Below are positions 25,108-37,520 of a stretch of 64,000 nt of DNA, one piece after another. Under the pieces are notes generated by a model. That model searched no databases, had not been told where the DNA came from, and saw only the letters and a program-made list of their open reading frames with translations. Numbering within the stretch: the first letter of the stretch is position 1; the number at the start of each line of letters is the position of its first letter. The DNA comes from Mobula hypostoma (taxonomy: Eukaryota). A program made the position numbers and the translations under genes. The stretch lies in assembly GCF_963921235.1 (NCBI RefSeq), contig NC_086099.1:198834001-198898000 (forward strand), written 5' to 3'.

Positions 25108-25678
25108 TCCTCCCAGTGGCCACACATTTTAATTCCACATCCCATTCCCATTCTGATATGTCTATCCACGGCCTTCTCTACTGTAAAGATGAAGCCACAC
25201 TCAGGTTGGAGGAACCTTATATTCCATCTGGGTAGCCTCCAACCTGATGGCATGAACATTGACTTCTCTAACTTCCGCTAATGCCCCACCTCCCCCTCGT
25301 ACCCCATCCGTTATTTATTTTTATACACACATTCTTTCTCTCACTCTCCTTTTTCTCCCTCTGTCCCTCTGACTATACCCCTTGCCCATTTTCTGGGTTT
25401 TCCCCCCCTCCTCCTTTTCCTTCTCCCTGGGCCTCCTGTCCCATGATCCTCTCATATCCCCTTTTCCAAGCACCTGTCCAGCTCTTGGCTCCATCACTCC
25501 CCCTCCTGTCTTCTCCTATCATTTTGGATCTCCCCCTCCCCCTCCCACTTTCAAATCTGTTACTAACTTTTCCTTCAGTTAGTCCTGACGAAGGGTCTCG
25601 GCCTGAAACATCGACTGTACCTCTTCCTAGAGATGCTGCCTGGCCTGCTGCATTCACCAGCAACTTTGATGTGTGTTG
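25108..25678 (+). mobile_element. Young 5'-truncated Penelope-like element (GIY-YIG C-terminus and pLTR)
   Basis: PVATHFNSTSHSHSDMSIHGL..LIFHLGSLQPDGMNIDFSNFR*, pyrimidine tract and hammerhead motif; 8-bp TSD CAGGGTAT at 25100-25107 and 25679-25686. Confidence 0.9.
25581..25616 (+). ncRNA. Minimal type I hammerhead ribozyme in Penelope pLTR
   Basis: AGTC-CTGACGA-A-GGG(TCTCGG)CCT-GAAA-CA-TC-GACT; one CpG transition in the stem III palindrome. Confidence 0.65.
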
Positions 25679-26054
25679 CAGGGTATACTATTGTAGAGGT
25701 AGAGGGCAGAATGACATTTCAGTGGCTGCAAACAAGAGTCCAGGATTTCATGTTGCCTCGCTGGTGCTAGGCTCAAATATGTCTCAGAGCAATTGCAGGA
25801 CATTTTGAAGGGTGGAGATGATCAGCGAGTGGCTATGGTACATGTTGCTACCATTAATATAAGTTACAGAAGGGGTGTGGTCCTGCAACATGTGCTTTGA
25901 TGGCCGTTCAGAGAGAAGGATTTTGAAGATTCTAGTCTCTGAGTTGCTTCTACTGACACTAGCTAGTGAACATAGCAATAGATGTATGGGTCATTTGAAT
26001 GCATGCCTGAAGGGATGGTGCAAAAGGATTGGCTTTAGGTTCCTGTATTATTGA

Positions 26055-26385
26055 CATCATCGAAGACACCATCAAGAAGACAGCAAACAGCATAAGGATC
26101 CTCACCATCCAGGGCATGTACTTTTCTCACTGCTATCATCAAGGAGGAGGTATGGGAACCTGAAGACACACACTCAATGTTTTAGAAACAGTTTCTTTCC
26201 CTCTGCCATCAGATTTCTGAACAGATCGTGAAAGCATGAATACTACCTCACTTATTGCTCTATTTTTGTACAACTTTTTACTATATTTATTATTGCAGCT
26301 TATAGTAATTTTTCATGTACTGCTCTATACTGCTGCATCTAAGCAACACATTTTATGACATGTCGGTGATACTAAACCTGATTCT
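26055..26385 (+). mobile_element. Rex1/Babar 3' fragment
   Basis: KDPHHPGH.LFSLL.SRRRY..FRNSFFPSAIRFLN and TAAACCTGATTCT tail. Confidence 0.75.
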
Positions 26386-26791
26386 GGGGAAGATGAGGCC
26401 TGTTAAGGAGTGACAGGCTGCAGCTAAATCAGAATGGCAGCAATATCTTATGGGGAGGTTTGCCCATGCTCCTGGGGGAGGTTTGAACCCAGCAGGAGAA
26501 AGGGGATCAAAGTAAGTGTTCAGAAAGGGAGGTATGGTCACCACAGGAGAAAATGTCAGTAAATCTAGTAGGCACAGCATAAATACATATGAGGAGAATG
26601 CAAAGCTAAATTGCATCTATTTTAATGCAATAAGTCTTACTAGAAATATTGCTTTAGTTAACATTTGGGACAAAGAAACTGTTTTGACTATTGAGATATG
26701 CTGGAAGGACGAGCTGAACTAGTTACTCAATATTCCAGGGTATGAAATTTTCGGGTGAAAAACAGGGGTATGTAAAAAGGAAGGAAGTATT

Positions 26792-27335
26792 GAATGCAGG
26801 AGATTCTGCAGATGCTGGAAATCTTGAGCAGCAAACATAGAATGCTTCAATAGCTCAGCAAGTCGGGCAGCGTTACTGGAGAGGAATAAAGAGTTGACAT
26901 TTCAGGCCAAGATCCTTCATCAGGACTGAAAGGAAAGGCAAAGCCTGAATTAGGAGGTGGGATAAGGGGAAGTAGTAAAAGTTGGCTGTTGATAAGTGAG
27001 ATCACATGGGGGGAGGAGGGTGGGTGGGGGAGAGGGGATGAAGTAAGAAGTTAGGAGATGATGGGTGGAAGAGGTAAAGGGCTGATGAAGAAGGAATTTA
27101 ATTGGACAGGACCATAGAAGAAAGAGAAGAAGGATGGGAACCAGAGGGAGGCACTGAACAGGTGAGGAGAAGAGAAGGGGTGAGAGAGGATAAACAGAAT
27201 TGGAAATGACTAAAGAATGAAGGAGGGAAGTTAGAGAAGTTGATGTTCATGCCAGCAAGTTAGAAGTTTCCCAGATGAAATATGAGGTGTTGCACCTCCA
27301 ACCTGAGTTTGGCCTCATCCTAGCATGGAGGCATT
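26792..27335 (-). mobile_element. Penelope 3' end/pLTR with degenerate hammerhead (26892-26927)
   Basis: Reverse complement gives QHLIFHLG....GMNINFSN and AGTCCTGATGAAGGATCTTGGCCTGAAATGTCAACT. Confidence 0.8.
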
Positions 27336-28564
27336 GAACAGTTGGTCAAAGAATTCATTACTTCATTATTGAGAGAGGAAATACACAAAGGCTCCTGAAA
27401 TGATGCAAGACAGCTGGAGATTGAAAACAAAAGGATGCCATCATTTTGCTAAGAGTGTGTAGTGCACAATCTAACAGTTAACAAGAGGTAGAGGAACAGA
27501 TATATTGGAAAATTGCAGAGCAATGTAACAAAAATATATAGTATTGTATGGTTTCAATGTCTCAATTATTAACCGGAATTGCCCAGGAGTAAAAGGCCCA
27601 GAGGAACCGAAATTTTTAAAGTGTGTTCAGCATTCCCTCTCCACCCTCAGTCCTGATGAAAGATCAACCTAAAACATCAATATTTCCTTTCCTCCCACAG
27701 ATGGTGCTTGACTCATTGAGTTCATCCAGCAGATTGTTTCTTGCTCCAGATTCCAACATCTGTAGTCCCTTGTGTCTCCTCAGATAAATCAGTGACTTCT
27801 AACTTGCCATCAGCAACACAGCAATATAATTCATTGATAATATTGAAGAAATATTCCAGGAGGATTTAATAATATCTGTAATGGTGGGATATTCCCTTTT
27901 TCCAACACAGCTGCTGCCTGGCAACAGTTCAAAGTAATCCTTAATCCAATAGTTGTGATGTCATCAAACTGGTTTGGCAGACAAATGCCACATTTCAGGA
28001 AGCAAAGAGCACAATTTTTAATTAACATTTTAAACACTAAATAGAAATCAAAAGAAACTCATATGATTAGGATATTTGTTGCAACATCAAAAAATTAAAT
28101 TTTAAAAGAATACAAAACAGGCATTTTTTTGAAATTGAAATATTTCTCCAATAAAATAATAAGATGCAGGCATAACAAAGAGTTATTTGAAGGGTAGACG
28201 AAGTAATTATGGTGCTTTAAGTATTTAAAAGTTCTTTTTGCCACAACTGACAATGAATTGGATTTTCAGTGTGCCTTATAGTAGGACTAGTTAAAAACTT
28301 AATTTCTGATTATTCAGAGGATTCCAAACCATTGGTATAATCAATGATGAGGGATTGCAAAAAATTTCAGCAAGAGAATATCAAGTGTAGAATGTTGATA
28401 AATAAAGTAAAACACAAATTAATACAAAAGGGCATTTTCATCAAGAAAAATACAAAGTCACTTTTCACTCAGAAGGTGCGAGGCGAGGTATGTAGAAGAA
28501 TAAATGGCCAGAATAAAAAAAATAAACAACTCCCATACTAAAATAGACTGAGAGAGAGAGAGCA

Positions 28565-29672
28565 ACCAATAGCTGTGGTTTATTGACTACTGCTCAGAGT
28601 TGAACACAACCATACCCTCAGTTCGAATCAACAAGCTCCAAACTTCGGCCTCTGTACCTCCCCCTGCAACTGGATTCTTGACTTCCTAATGGGAGACCAC
28701 AGTCCGTGCGGATTGGAAATAACATCTCATCCTTGCTGACGGTCAACACTGGTGCACATCAAGGATACATGCTTAGCCCACTGTTCTTCTCTGTCTATAT
28801 CAACAGCTGTCTGGCTAGGCACAGCTCAAATGCCATCTATAAATTTGCTAATGAAACAACTATTGAGAGCAGAATTTTGTATGATGATGAGGAGACATAC
28901 ACGAGTGAGATAGACCAGCTGGTTGAGTGGTGTTGCAATAACAACCTTGAGATCAAGATCAAGGAATTGTTTGTAGACTTCAGGAAGAGGAAGTCGAAGA
29001 AACACACACCAGTACTCATTGAGAGATTAGCACTGGAAAGGCTGACCAGTCTCAAATTCCTGGGCGTTAACATCTCTGAAGATCTATCTGGGTCCAACAT
29101 ATTGATGCAAATATAAATAAGGCACAAAAGTAATTATATTATATTAAGAATTTGAGTAGACTTGGTATGTCACCAAACACTCTCACAAATTTCTACAGGA
29201 GTGTAATGCAGAGCATTCTAACTGGTTGCATCACCATGTGGCATTGAGCGACCACTGCATAAGATTGGAAAAAGCTGCAGAAAGTTGTCAACTCAGCCAG
29301 CTCCATCATGGGCACTAGCCTCCCCAGCATCGTAGAAATCTTCTCTTGCATTGATGCCTCAAGAAGGTAGAACCTATCATTAAGAACCCCCATCACCCAG
29401 GACATGCCGTCTTCTCATTAATACCATCTAAGAAGGGATACAAGGGCCTGAAAATTGACAGTCAGTGTTGCTTCTTCCCCTCTACCATCAGACTCCTGAA
29501 TGGACAATGAACCCATGAAAACTATCTCACTATTTCTTCTTAGCTCGTTTTGCACTAATAGCTTAATTATATATATATATAATTGCAATTTATAGTTTTT
29601 TATTACACTGCTGCTGCAAAACAACAAAACTTCATGACATATACCAGTGATATTAAACCTGTTTCTGATTCT
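28565..29672 (+). mobile_element. 5'-truncated Rex1/Babar LINE
   Basis: LCNWILDFL, NTGAHQGYMLSPL, KFANETT, KFLGVNISEDL, SILTGCITMW; (GATTCT)n tail. Confidence 0.9.
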
Positions 29673-29699
29673 GAGGGACGTCTGCGATGGAGTGGAGAA

Positions 29700-29953
29700 A
29701 AGCGTAGTGCAGTAGTAAGTTTAATGCTATTAGAGTGCCAGTGATCTGTGTTCAATTCCACCACTGTCTGTAAATAATTTGTATGTTCTCCCCATGACCG
29801 CGTGGGCTGCCTGCAGCTGCTCTGATTTCCTTTCACATTCCAAGGACCTATGTTTCAGTAGGTTAATTGGTCATGTGGATGTAATATGGCACCATGGGCT
29901 TGTTGGGCTGGAAGAACCTGTTTCCAGGCTGTATCTCTAAATAAAATAAAATA
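29700..29953 (+). mobile_element. V-domain SINE (HE1-like)
   Basis: B-box GTTCAATTCC, V-domain, CR1-type tail and (TAAAA)n. Confidence 0.8.
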
Positions 29954-31039
29954 ACCAAGGTTCTCCAGATAACACAATAGCTTTCAGTGTCCTCTGTGGC
30001 CAAGTGAATGCTTGTTTGTGCTCACTGATCTATACGAAGAAAGTGATGAGGGAAACAGAGAGAAAAAGAAACTGAGATGCAGAAATAAAGGAGCGTACTT
30101 GAAATGTTGAGCTGATCCGCTGTGTCTGCTGGAAGAATAAAGTACTGTAGAGTAAATATTGCTGATGGATTCCCTAACATTGAAACATGTCAGTTCTGCC
30201 AAAAAGAGGAAAGACAGGCTTTCTCAGATATTTCTGAGAAATTTCTGAGATAGCACAAAACAATGATATCTCCTGAACAACCTTGTTTTTTATTCTTCAG
30301 AGACATTCCTTTTATTCTTTCCATTCCTCTACCATTAAAACTCAATTATTTTCTCACTTTCCCATTTATGATGAATGGTCTTTGTCTTGAAGCATTAACT
30401 GCTTTTCCCTCTTCACAGATATAACTTAAACTCTTGAGTACCCCAACATTTCTGTTTATATTTCAGAGCTTCAGCATCTACTGTTTCACTTTTCATCTAA
30501 AAGTTACAGTGCAAGTTAGCAAGACCTTCGAAAAGGCAAAGCTGAGCACTCAGGGTTATTTCAAGGTGCCAGAACTGAAAAGTAGGGAAGTTAGGCTGAA
30601 CTTCCTGTAAAACAAGATTAGAGCACATTTAAATTAGTGCACAGATTTCATCTTGCTTTATTAAATTAAAAGCACAGTAATACTGAAGGAATTGCAGAGA
30701 TTTACAAAAAGGATTCAGGAATGCAAGGTTATTTTTAACAGGAAAGAATAAAGAGTTGGGGTCTCTTTTCTCTTCAGAAAAATTTAGTCATTGACCAAAC
30801 ATAATTCTTAAAAGTGATAAATAATTTCAATAAATTGAATTCAGTGGGAAAGTAAAATCATTGTATTGATGACTGTTATGAGATGCAGCTCCCAAGTTAC
30901 AGGAAGTGGTCTATATTTCCCAGGGACTTGTCATGGATCTTTATAGCTGGGGTGTGCAGGGGAAGGGTGGGGTGTGGAGGAGCTGAAGTTGAAAAAGGAC
31001 CCCTGTTTTGTATTTGTTAAGTGTACCTAAGTGATTGCC

Positions 31040-33190
31040 TCAACAATGATTTTGAGCTCAGACTCTGAGTGAGGGCATATGCAAGCCCTATTTGAATAAT
31101 GCTGTTTGAATTCCATGGTTAGCATGACCTTGGTTCTGGAGACGATTTGGCAAGGATTTAACAGCCATCTGTTAGACCCAGAGGTTAGATCTGTTCCTAT
31201 ATGAAACTTGAGGAGAGTTAACTTAAAACAGTACAACAAGAAAGACTGGAAAATGTTCTGAGATGATGCTACCATTTTGTCTGACTGAGATTGGGCCACT
31301 TATGAACCTGTTGGTTTGGATCATGGTTGATCCTATGCGAACGCGCGAAACAGCTGAAATCCACACGTCCCAATATGTTCTTTGTTCTGTTAGAGAAGCA
31401 TAAACTACATAGCATCGCTTGCAGAAGGATAGGAAATCGCTGCGAGTGACTGAAAAATCTCTGCATTATTTAGTCATGCGCAGAACTACTGAAGTTGCTA
31501 GATGATTTACTGAGTAAATGGCAGTAACTTCATCAGGGCCACCAGATTCAAATACAGCCACTTCCCCCAGGGTCATCAACATCTCCACCCATTAACACAC
31601 TCCACCACCCCACCATTTCCCATCAGCATCAACTTGTGTGCAGATACTACTGTATCTAACATCACTTTATATATATGCAATTGGTCTGTGCATATAAACT
31701 AATCTTATATATTTATATTTATTGTGTTTGTTTTGCTTATTATGCGTTTTCATGCTGCATCGGACCCAGAGTAATAATTATTTCATTCTCCTTGTTTCCT
31801 GATGAATGTCAATAAACTATCTCAAATCTTGAATCTTGAATCACCTCTATTGCAAGATCAGGTCCATGCAGTCCATAAACATACTGAATTCTTTCTAGAT
31901 GGAGTTGGCTGCTGGAAGGATTCATAGGAGAGGCAAAGACATTTGAGGTTGAGATGATACATTACTTTCTTTCCAGATACTGTGATTAGGTTAGGGTTAA
32001 TTCTGTTTGTCCAGGGTTGCTGGGGCAACGTGCCTCAAAGGGCTGGAACGACCTACTCAATACTGTATTGCTAAATGAAAAAAAACTCCCTACTGTGGAG
32101 AAGATTGAAAGGGAGTTAATCATTTGAAAAAACAAGAGTGATATGCTGGAAAACATGACAGTCTTTTCATCAGATGCATTTGTTGTGAGAATTTTGAAAT
32201 CCACGTCTTCCACCAATAATCAGTTGTACCACATCCTGCCAGAATGTGCAGTTATGACAGCAGCTGCCATACCAATGTGACTTACATATTTCTGCGCTGT
32301 TAAGCATGTAATTGACATTAAATGTAAGTGCTTTCTGACAGTGCTAATGATGTGAGAATATTTTATAACATCAGTAAATCAAAATATACAATGATAGAAA
32401 CGATAATATATTTCAGTAAATGTCCTCATCCATTTCCTGTTTCGCAACCCTATGCTTTAGACGAACATTCTCTGTATGACTGCCATGTAGTTTCTGGAAG
32501 ACTGACCTCTTTTTCTTATTGCTCCAGACAGATACCCTTGCTGACTCACAACAGCCTCTGTCTTTGATGAACCAGCTTCAGACCATTGACCTTAGACAAT
32601 CAAAAAACACAGTCCGGTGCTTCTGTAGGATGGGGGAGGAACATCATTGCCCCAAGCTGACATGTTGATATCCTCTCAATAGCGCAATGATTACCCTGTA
32701 CACAGTTTGCTCCACCAGCTGTGCTGGCTGACAAACCCTGTGTCACAGGTATCGTGTCCTTGTTGTCTTCAAGCAGACAGGACTCTGCTGATCGCTGGGA
32801 TGGATGGTCAGGACGATATGTCTGTCTCTGCAGAAAAGTGACAAGTTCTCAATTGCCAAACCTCTACTCTTGTAAGAAGCAATCTGCTCAGCGGTGGCAT
32901 CTCTCTGATCCAAGAAAGAAAATGTACCAACAGGCAGCATCTTTGCTTTCATGAAGAACAGCTAGCTGCTGTTATCAAGCACTCTTTGGCTTCTGATAAC
33001 CTCACGGTTAGTATTCTAGTGCATATAAACAGCAGCCACATGTTCACAAATGGCATCTTTCTGTTCAACAAGGACGTCAGTGGGTCACTGGTGGTAAACT
33101 GCTCTTCCTGCAAGAAGGAGGTCTCCAGTGCAAGGGGCCTTAGTGCTGCTCCTGGTTGTTTTGGCCTAAGTGAAGGAGATGAAAGGCATT
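31040..33190 (+). mobile_element. Ancient Academ-like DNA transposon fossil (transposase and XPG/PIN-like domain), interrupted at ~31530-31845 and ~31985-32085
   Basis: Colinear degenerate motifs across frameshifts: DW..EMMLPF, QLKSTRP, NP..QLYHI, SLYDC..GRL..CSR, PLSL..LRQSK..C, VD..AQ.LP, LQADR..WD..AEK*, CFHEE, AAPGCFGLSEGD. Confidence 0.5.
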
Positions 33191-33419
33191 AGTAGTGTTA
33201 ATAGAGTGACAACTAGTAAGATTATGCACAGGGTCTTTCTCCCTCAGGGAAATGGACTCAAAAATAACCAGAGGCATAGGTTTAAAGCAAAAGGGAGAAG
33301 ACTTAAAAAGGAACTGAGGAGGAAGAGCTTTAAATTCCTGGGCTTTAATACATCAGATTACCTGTCCTGGGCCCAGCACATAGCAAGGTGTACCAGTCTC
33401 TTTACATTCTTACTGTATT

Positions 33420-34000
33420 GGAATTGATTTATTATTGTCCCATGTACCAAGATACAGTGGAAAAGCTTGTCTTGCAATCTGTTTATACAGTTCAAATCAT
33501 TACACAGTGCATTGACTTCGAATAAGGTAAAACAATAGCAATGCTGAATGAAGTATAGAAGTTATAGTGCAGGTAAGTGATGAGGTGCGAGATCACGACG
33601 AGGTAGATTGTGAGGCCAAGAGGGCATCTTATAACATAAGAGGTTCATCCAAATGTCTTTAAGACAGTGGGATAGAAGCCATCCTTGAGCCAGGTGGTCC
33701 ATGCTTTCAGGATTTTGAATCTTCTGCCCAATGAGATAGATGGGAGGGGAGAATGTCCAAGGTGGGTGGCTGCTTCACTGGGGTAGGGAGGAGCATGGAC
33801 AGAGTCCTTCGAGAGGAGGCTGGTTCCTGTGGTGTGCTGATCAATGTCCACAACTCTCTGCAGATTCTTGCAGCCACGTGCAGTGCTGGTGCCAGTAAAG
33901 CTGTTAGGCATCCAGATAGAATACATTCTATGGTGCATCAGTAACAACTATTGAGGGTCAAATGGGACATGCCAAATTTCTTCAGCCTCCTGAGGAATAG
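33420..34000 (-). mobile_element. Rex1/Babar 3' fragment
   Basis: FLRRLKKFGMS, LQRVVD, GRRFKILKAWTTWLKDGFYPT. Confidence 0.75.
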
Positions 34001-34009
34001 AGAATTTGG

Positions 34010-35360
34010 TGAGCAGTAGAGGAGGCCATGCACTGACATGTCAGAATAGGAATGGGAAGTAGAATTAAAATGGGTGGCCAATAGGTGATCCCGCTCTTTA
34101 TGACTGACGGAACATGGGTACTTGGTCTCCCAATCTACCTCATGTCTCACTGATATAAAGGAGGACACACCAGAAGCATCGGATACAGCAGATGACCCCA
34201 ACAGACTCACAGGTGAAGTGTCAAAACACTCGAAAGGACGGTTTAGAGCCCTGAATGGTAGTGAGGGAGGAAGTATACAGGTGGGTATGAAGCTTGTTCC
34301 ACTTGCAAGGATAAGTGCTAGGAGGGAGTTTAGAGGGGAGGGATGAAGTGTCAAAGGAGTTGTGTAGGGAGTGATCCCTGTGGAAAGCAGGAAGTGGGGG
34401 GGGTGGGGGGAAGGAAAGATGTGCTTGCTGGTGGGAAAGGTGTGCTTAGAGATGGTGGAAGTAATGGAGAATTATGTGCTGGATACGAAGGCTGGTGGGG
34501 CGGTAGGTGAGGAGAAGAACCTTATCCCTGGTGGGGTGGTAGATGGATGGGGTGAGGGTAGACGTGCACAAAATGGAACAGATACAGGTGTGGGCAGCAG
34601 CAGTGTTGATAGTGGAGGGAGGAATGCCCCTTTTTTTTGAAGAAGGAGGACATCTGTATAGTTTTGTAATGAAAAGTCTCATCCTGAGAGCAGAGGTGTT
34701 GGAGACGGAGGAACTGAGAGAAGAGGATGGCATTTTTACAAGTAACAGGGTAGGAAGAAGAATAGCCTAGGAAGCTGTGAAATTGTTAGGTTTATAAAAG
34801 ATATCAGTAGATAAGGTGTCTCCAGAGACAGAGCTAAGGAGAAAGGGGAGGAGGTGTCAGAAATGGACCAGGTAAATTTGAGGGCAGGGTGGAAGTCGGA
34901 GTCAAAGTTAATGAAATCAACAAGCTCAGCAGGAAACCGCACCAATGCAGTAATCAATGTAGCGTAGGAAAAATTGGTAGATATACTAGAGTAGGCTTGG
35001 AACATCGACTGTTCCACATAGCCGGCAAGAAGGCAGGCATACAGTAGTTGGGATTCATGAGAAAGCCCATGGCTACACCTCTTGTTTGAAAGAAGTTGGA
35101 GAAGCCAAACGAGAAATTATTGAGAGTGAGGACCAGTTCCACCAGATGGAGGAGAGTGGTGATCGAGGGTAACTGGTTGGGTCTACTGTCTAGAAAGAAA
35201 TGGAGAGCTTTGAGGCCTTCCTGATGTGTGATGGAGGTATATAGGGACTGGACATCCATAGTGAATGTATGATGATGGGGCCAACAAACTTGAATTCATT
35301 GAAAAGATCACGAGTAGGTGAGGTATCATGGATATACGTAGAAATGGACTGAAGCGGGAA
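34010..35360 (-). mobile_element. Penelope-like element internal region (RT and GIY-YIG), disrupted
   Basis: MDVQSLYTSI.H..LVELVLTLNNFSF..QTRGVAMG, FHPALKFTW, LTYRP..IQHII, LATHFNSTSHS. Confidence 0.9.
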
Positions 35361-35465
35361 CTTCCCAGTTTATTACTGCACCCCTCCCCTCTCCTGGTTT
35401 CACCTATCGCCTACTACCTTGTACTTATTCCTCTCCTCCATCCACCTTTTTATCGTTTTTCTGCT

Positions 35466-36718
35466 GACCATAAGATATAGCAGAATTAGGCCATTTGGCC
35501 CATTGAATCTGCTCTGCCATTTCATCATGACTGATCCAATTTTCACTCAGGCCTAAACTCCTGCTTTCTCCCCTTATCCCTTCATGCCCCAACCAATCAA
35601 GAATCTATCAACCTCTGCCCTAAATATACTGAAAGATGACCTCCACAACTGCTTGTGGCAAAGAATTCCACAGATTTGCCACTCTCAGACTAAAGAAATT
35701 CCTCCTCATCTCCGTTCTAAAAGGATGGCCCTCTACTCTGAAACTGTGTCCTCTGGTCTTAGACTCTCCCACCATAGGAAACATCCTCTCCCCATGCACT
35801 TTATTAAGGTCTTTCACCATTCAATAGATTTCAATGAGGTCACACCTCTTTCTTCTGAATTTTAGTGAATACAGGTCCAGAGTCATCAAACACCCTTTAT
35901 ATGACAAGTTTTTCAATCCTGGAATCATTTTTGTGAACCTCCTTTGAACCCTCTCCAATTTCAGAACATCCTTACTAAGATAAGAGGGCCAAAACTGCTC
36001 ACAATACTCTAAGTGAGGCCTCACCAGTGCTTAATAAAGTTTCTACATTATATCTTTGCTTTTATATTCTAGTTTTCTTAGAATGAATGTTAACATTGCA
36101 TTTTTCTTCCTCACCACAAAGTCAACCTGCAAATTAACCTTCGGGGAATCCTACACAAGGACTCCCAAGTCCCTTTGCACCTCAGTTTTTTTTTTGTGTG
36201 TCTCTTCATTTAGAAAATTGTCTACCCTTTCATTTCTTCTATCAAAGTGCATGACCTTACACTTCCTGACACTGTATTCCATCTGCCATTTCTTTAACCA
36301 TGCTTCTAATCTAAGTCTTTCTGTAGCCTCCCTACTTCCTCAAGACTACCTACAAACTTTGCAACAATTTCATCATCCAAATCATTGACATATAGCTTAA
36401 AAGCATTCAGTCACAACCCTGACCCCTGTGGGACACTATTAGTCACCAACTCCCAGTCAGAAAAGGCTCCCTTTATTCCCACTCTTTGCCTCCTGCCAAT
36501 CAGCCACTGCTTTATCTATGCTGGAATCTTCCCTGTAATCTTTCTTGGGCTTCTTGCTTGTTAACTAGCCTCATGTGTGGCACCTTGTCAAAGGCCTTCT
36601 GAAAATCTAAGTACACAACATCAACCGATTCTCCTTTGTATATCCTGCTTGTTATTTTTTCAAGGAATTCCACCATGTATGTCAGGTAACTTTTTCCCTT
36701 GAGGAAGCTATGCTGACT
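35466..36718 (-). mobile_element. CR1 RT C-terminal part and tail
   Basis: LDFQKAFDKVPH, RPHLEYCEQFW, RRNFFSLRVANLWNSLP. Confidence 0.9.
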
Positions 36719-37049
36719 AGAACATGGTTAATAAGACATTGATAATAAATGTGATTCTGATTCTGATTCATACTTAGTTCTTCTGCTGAAGGGTCTGTCA
36801 GGCTTCCTGATAGACAGGATCTTTCTACTGACATATTTTCATGAACCATGACAGATCCTTTGCACTGTGCATGAGTAAATGACGGAATGAAAATTTCATA
36901 CTTATTAAAAATCGCATTGAAATCTCTAGCAAGATCATGATTTTTTTAAAATTGGTATTACACTTGGTGCAGAGATTCTTATTTCTGATCATGACCATTC
37001 TTGTTGTCAGTTCTCAGCCTCTCCAATCTACAACTTTCAGGGATTTTCT

Positions 37050-37520
37050 GCAGCATTTCCACACCATCGGAAGTACCAGATTCCCTCCATTGCTTTGGGT
37101 GAAATATGGTGTTTTCTCTCTTGTATCCATTATCTTCTCAGTCACAGCCATAATCATCTATTTAGCTGACATAGGGATAATGCATTTAAGTGCTTTTGAG
37201 CTTCTGTCATTGGGGTTTTGAATTTGTTGAGGGCCCCTGAGGTGCAGGTCTTGATTGAGCATGTTTCTTGGAGTAATCCACCCTTACATCATTTCAATTG
37301 TTTTCAGGGAAACCAAAAGGGCATTAGAGCTATATGCAGTGATAATTTAACACACAAAAAGGGTGAAATCTAATTTTAAGGCAGATGTCTCCTGTGTGTA
37401 CTTGTAGATAAACTGCAATCCTATTGGACAGGAGAGTGATGTGGTGTGCCTACCTGGTATCGTTGTATTAATGACATTGTCTGGGACATAGAGTATTCAG
37501 CAGAGGCTTGAAGGCACAAA
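37050..37520 (-). mobile_element. Possible ancient Gypsy integrase fossil
   Basis: RIAVY (cf. RIAVD), GPQQI and KTPYFTQSNG (cf. TTPYHPQSNG) in integrase order. Confidence 0.35.

Larger units (their letters stand above)
24370..27630 (+). mobile_element. Old CR1 (5' UTR, ORF1, start of ORF2) split by three younger insertions
   Basis: VVCSSC..YTCGK, ORF1 esterase remnants and CIYFNA.SL; interrupted at 25108-25678, 26055-26385 and 26792-27335. Confidence 0.65.

Noticed and set aside
30099-30195. Minus-strand exon LTCFNVRESISNIYSTVLY..
   Set aside because: Good acceptor but mediocre donor (GTACGC), no recognisable homology and no supported partner exon.
31272-31386. Minus-strand exon QRTYWDVWISAVSRVRIG (FNIII-like) with a cytokine-receptor-like tail at 32500-33160
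   Set aside because: Weak donor, wrong exon order, internal stops; better explained as the antisense of the Academ-like fossil.
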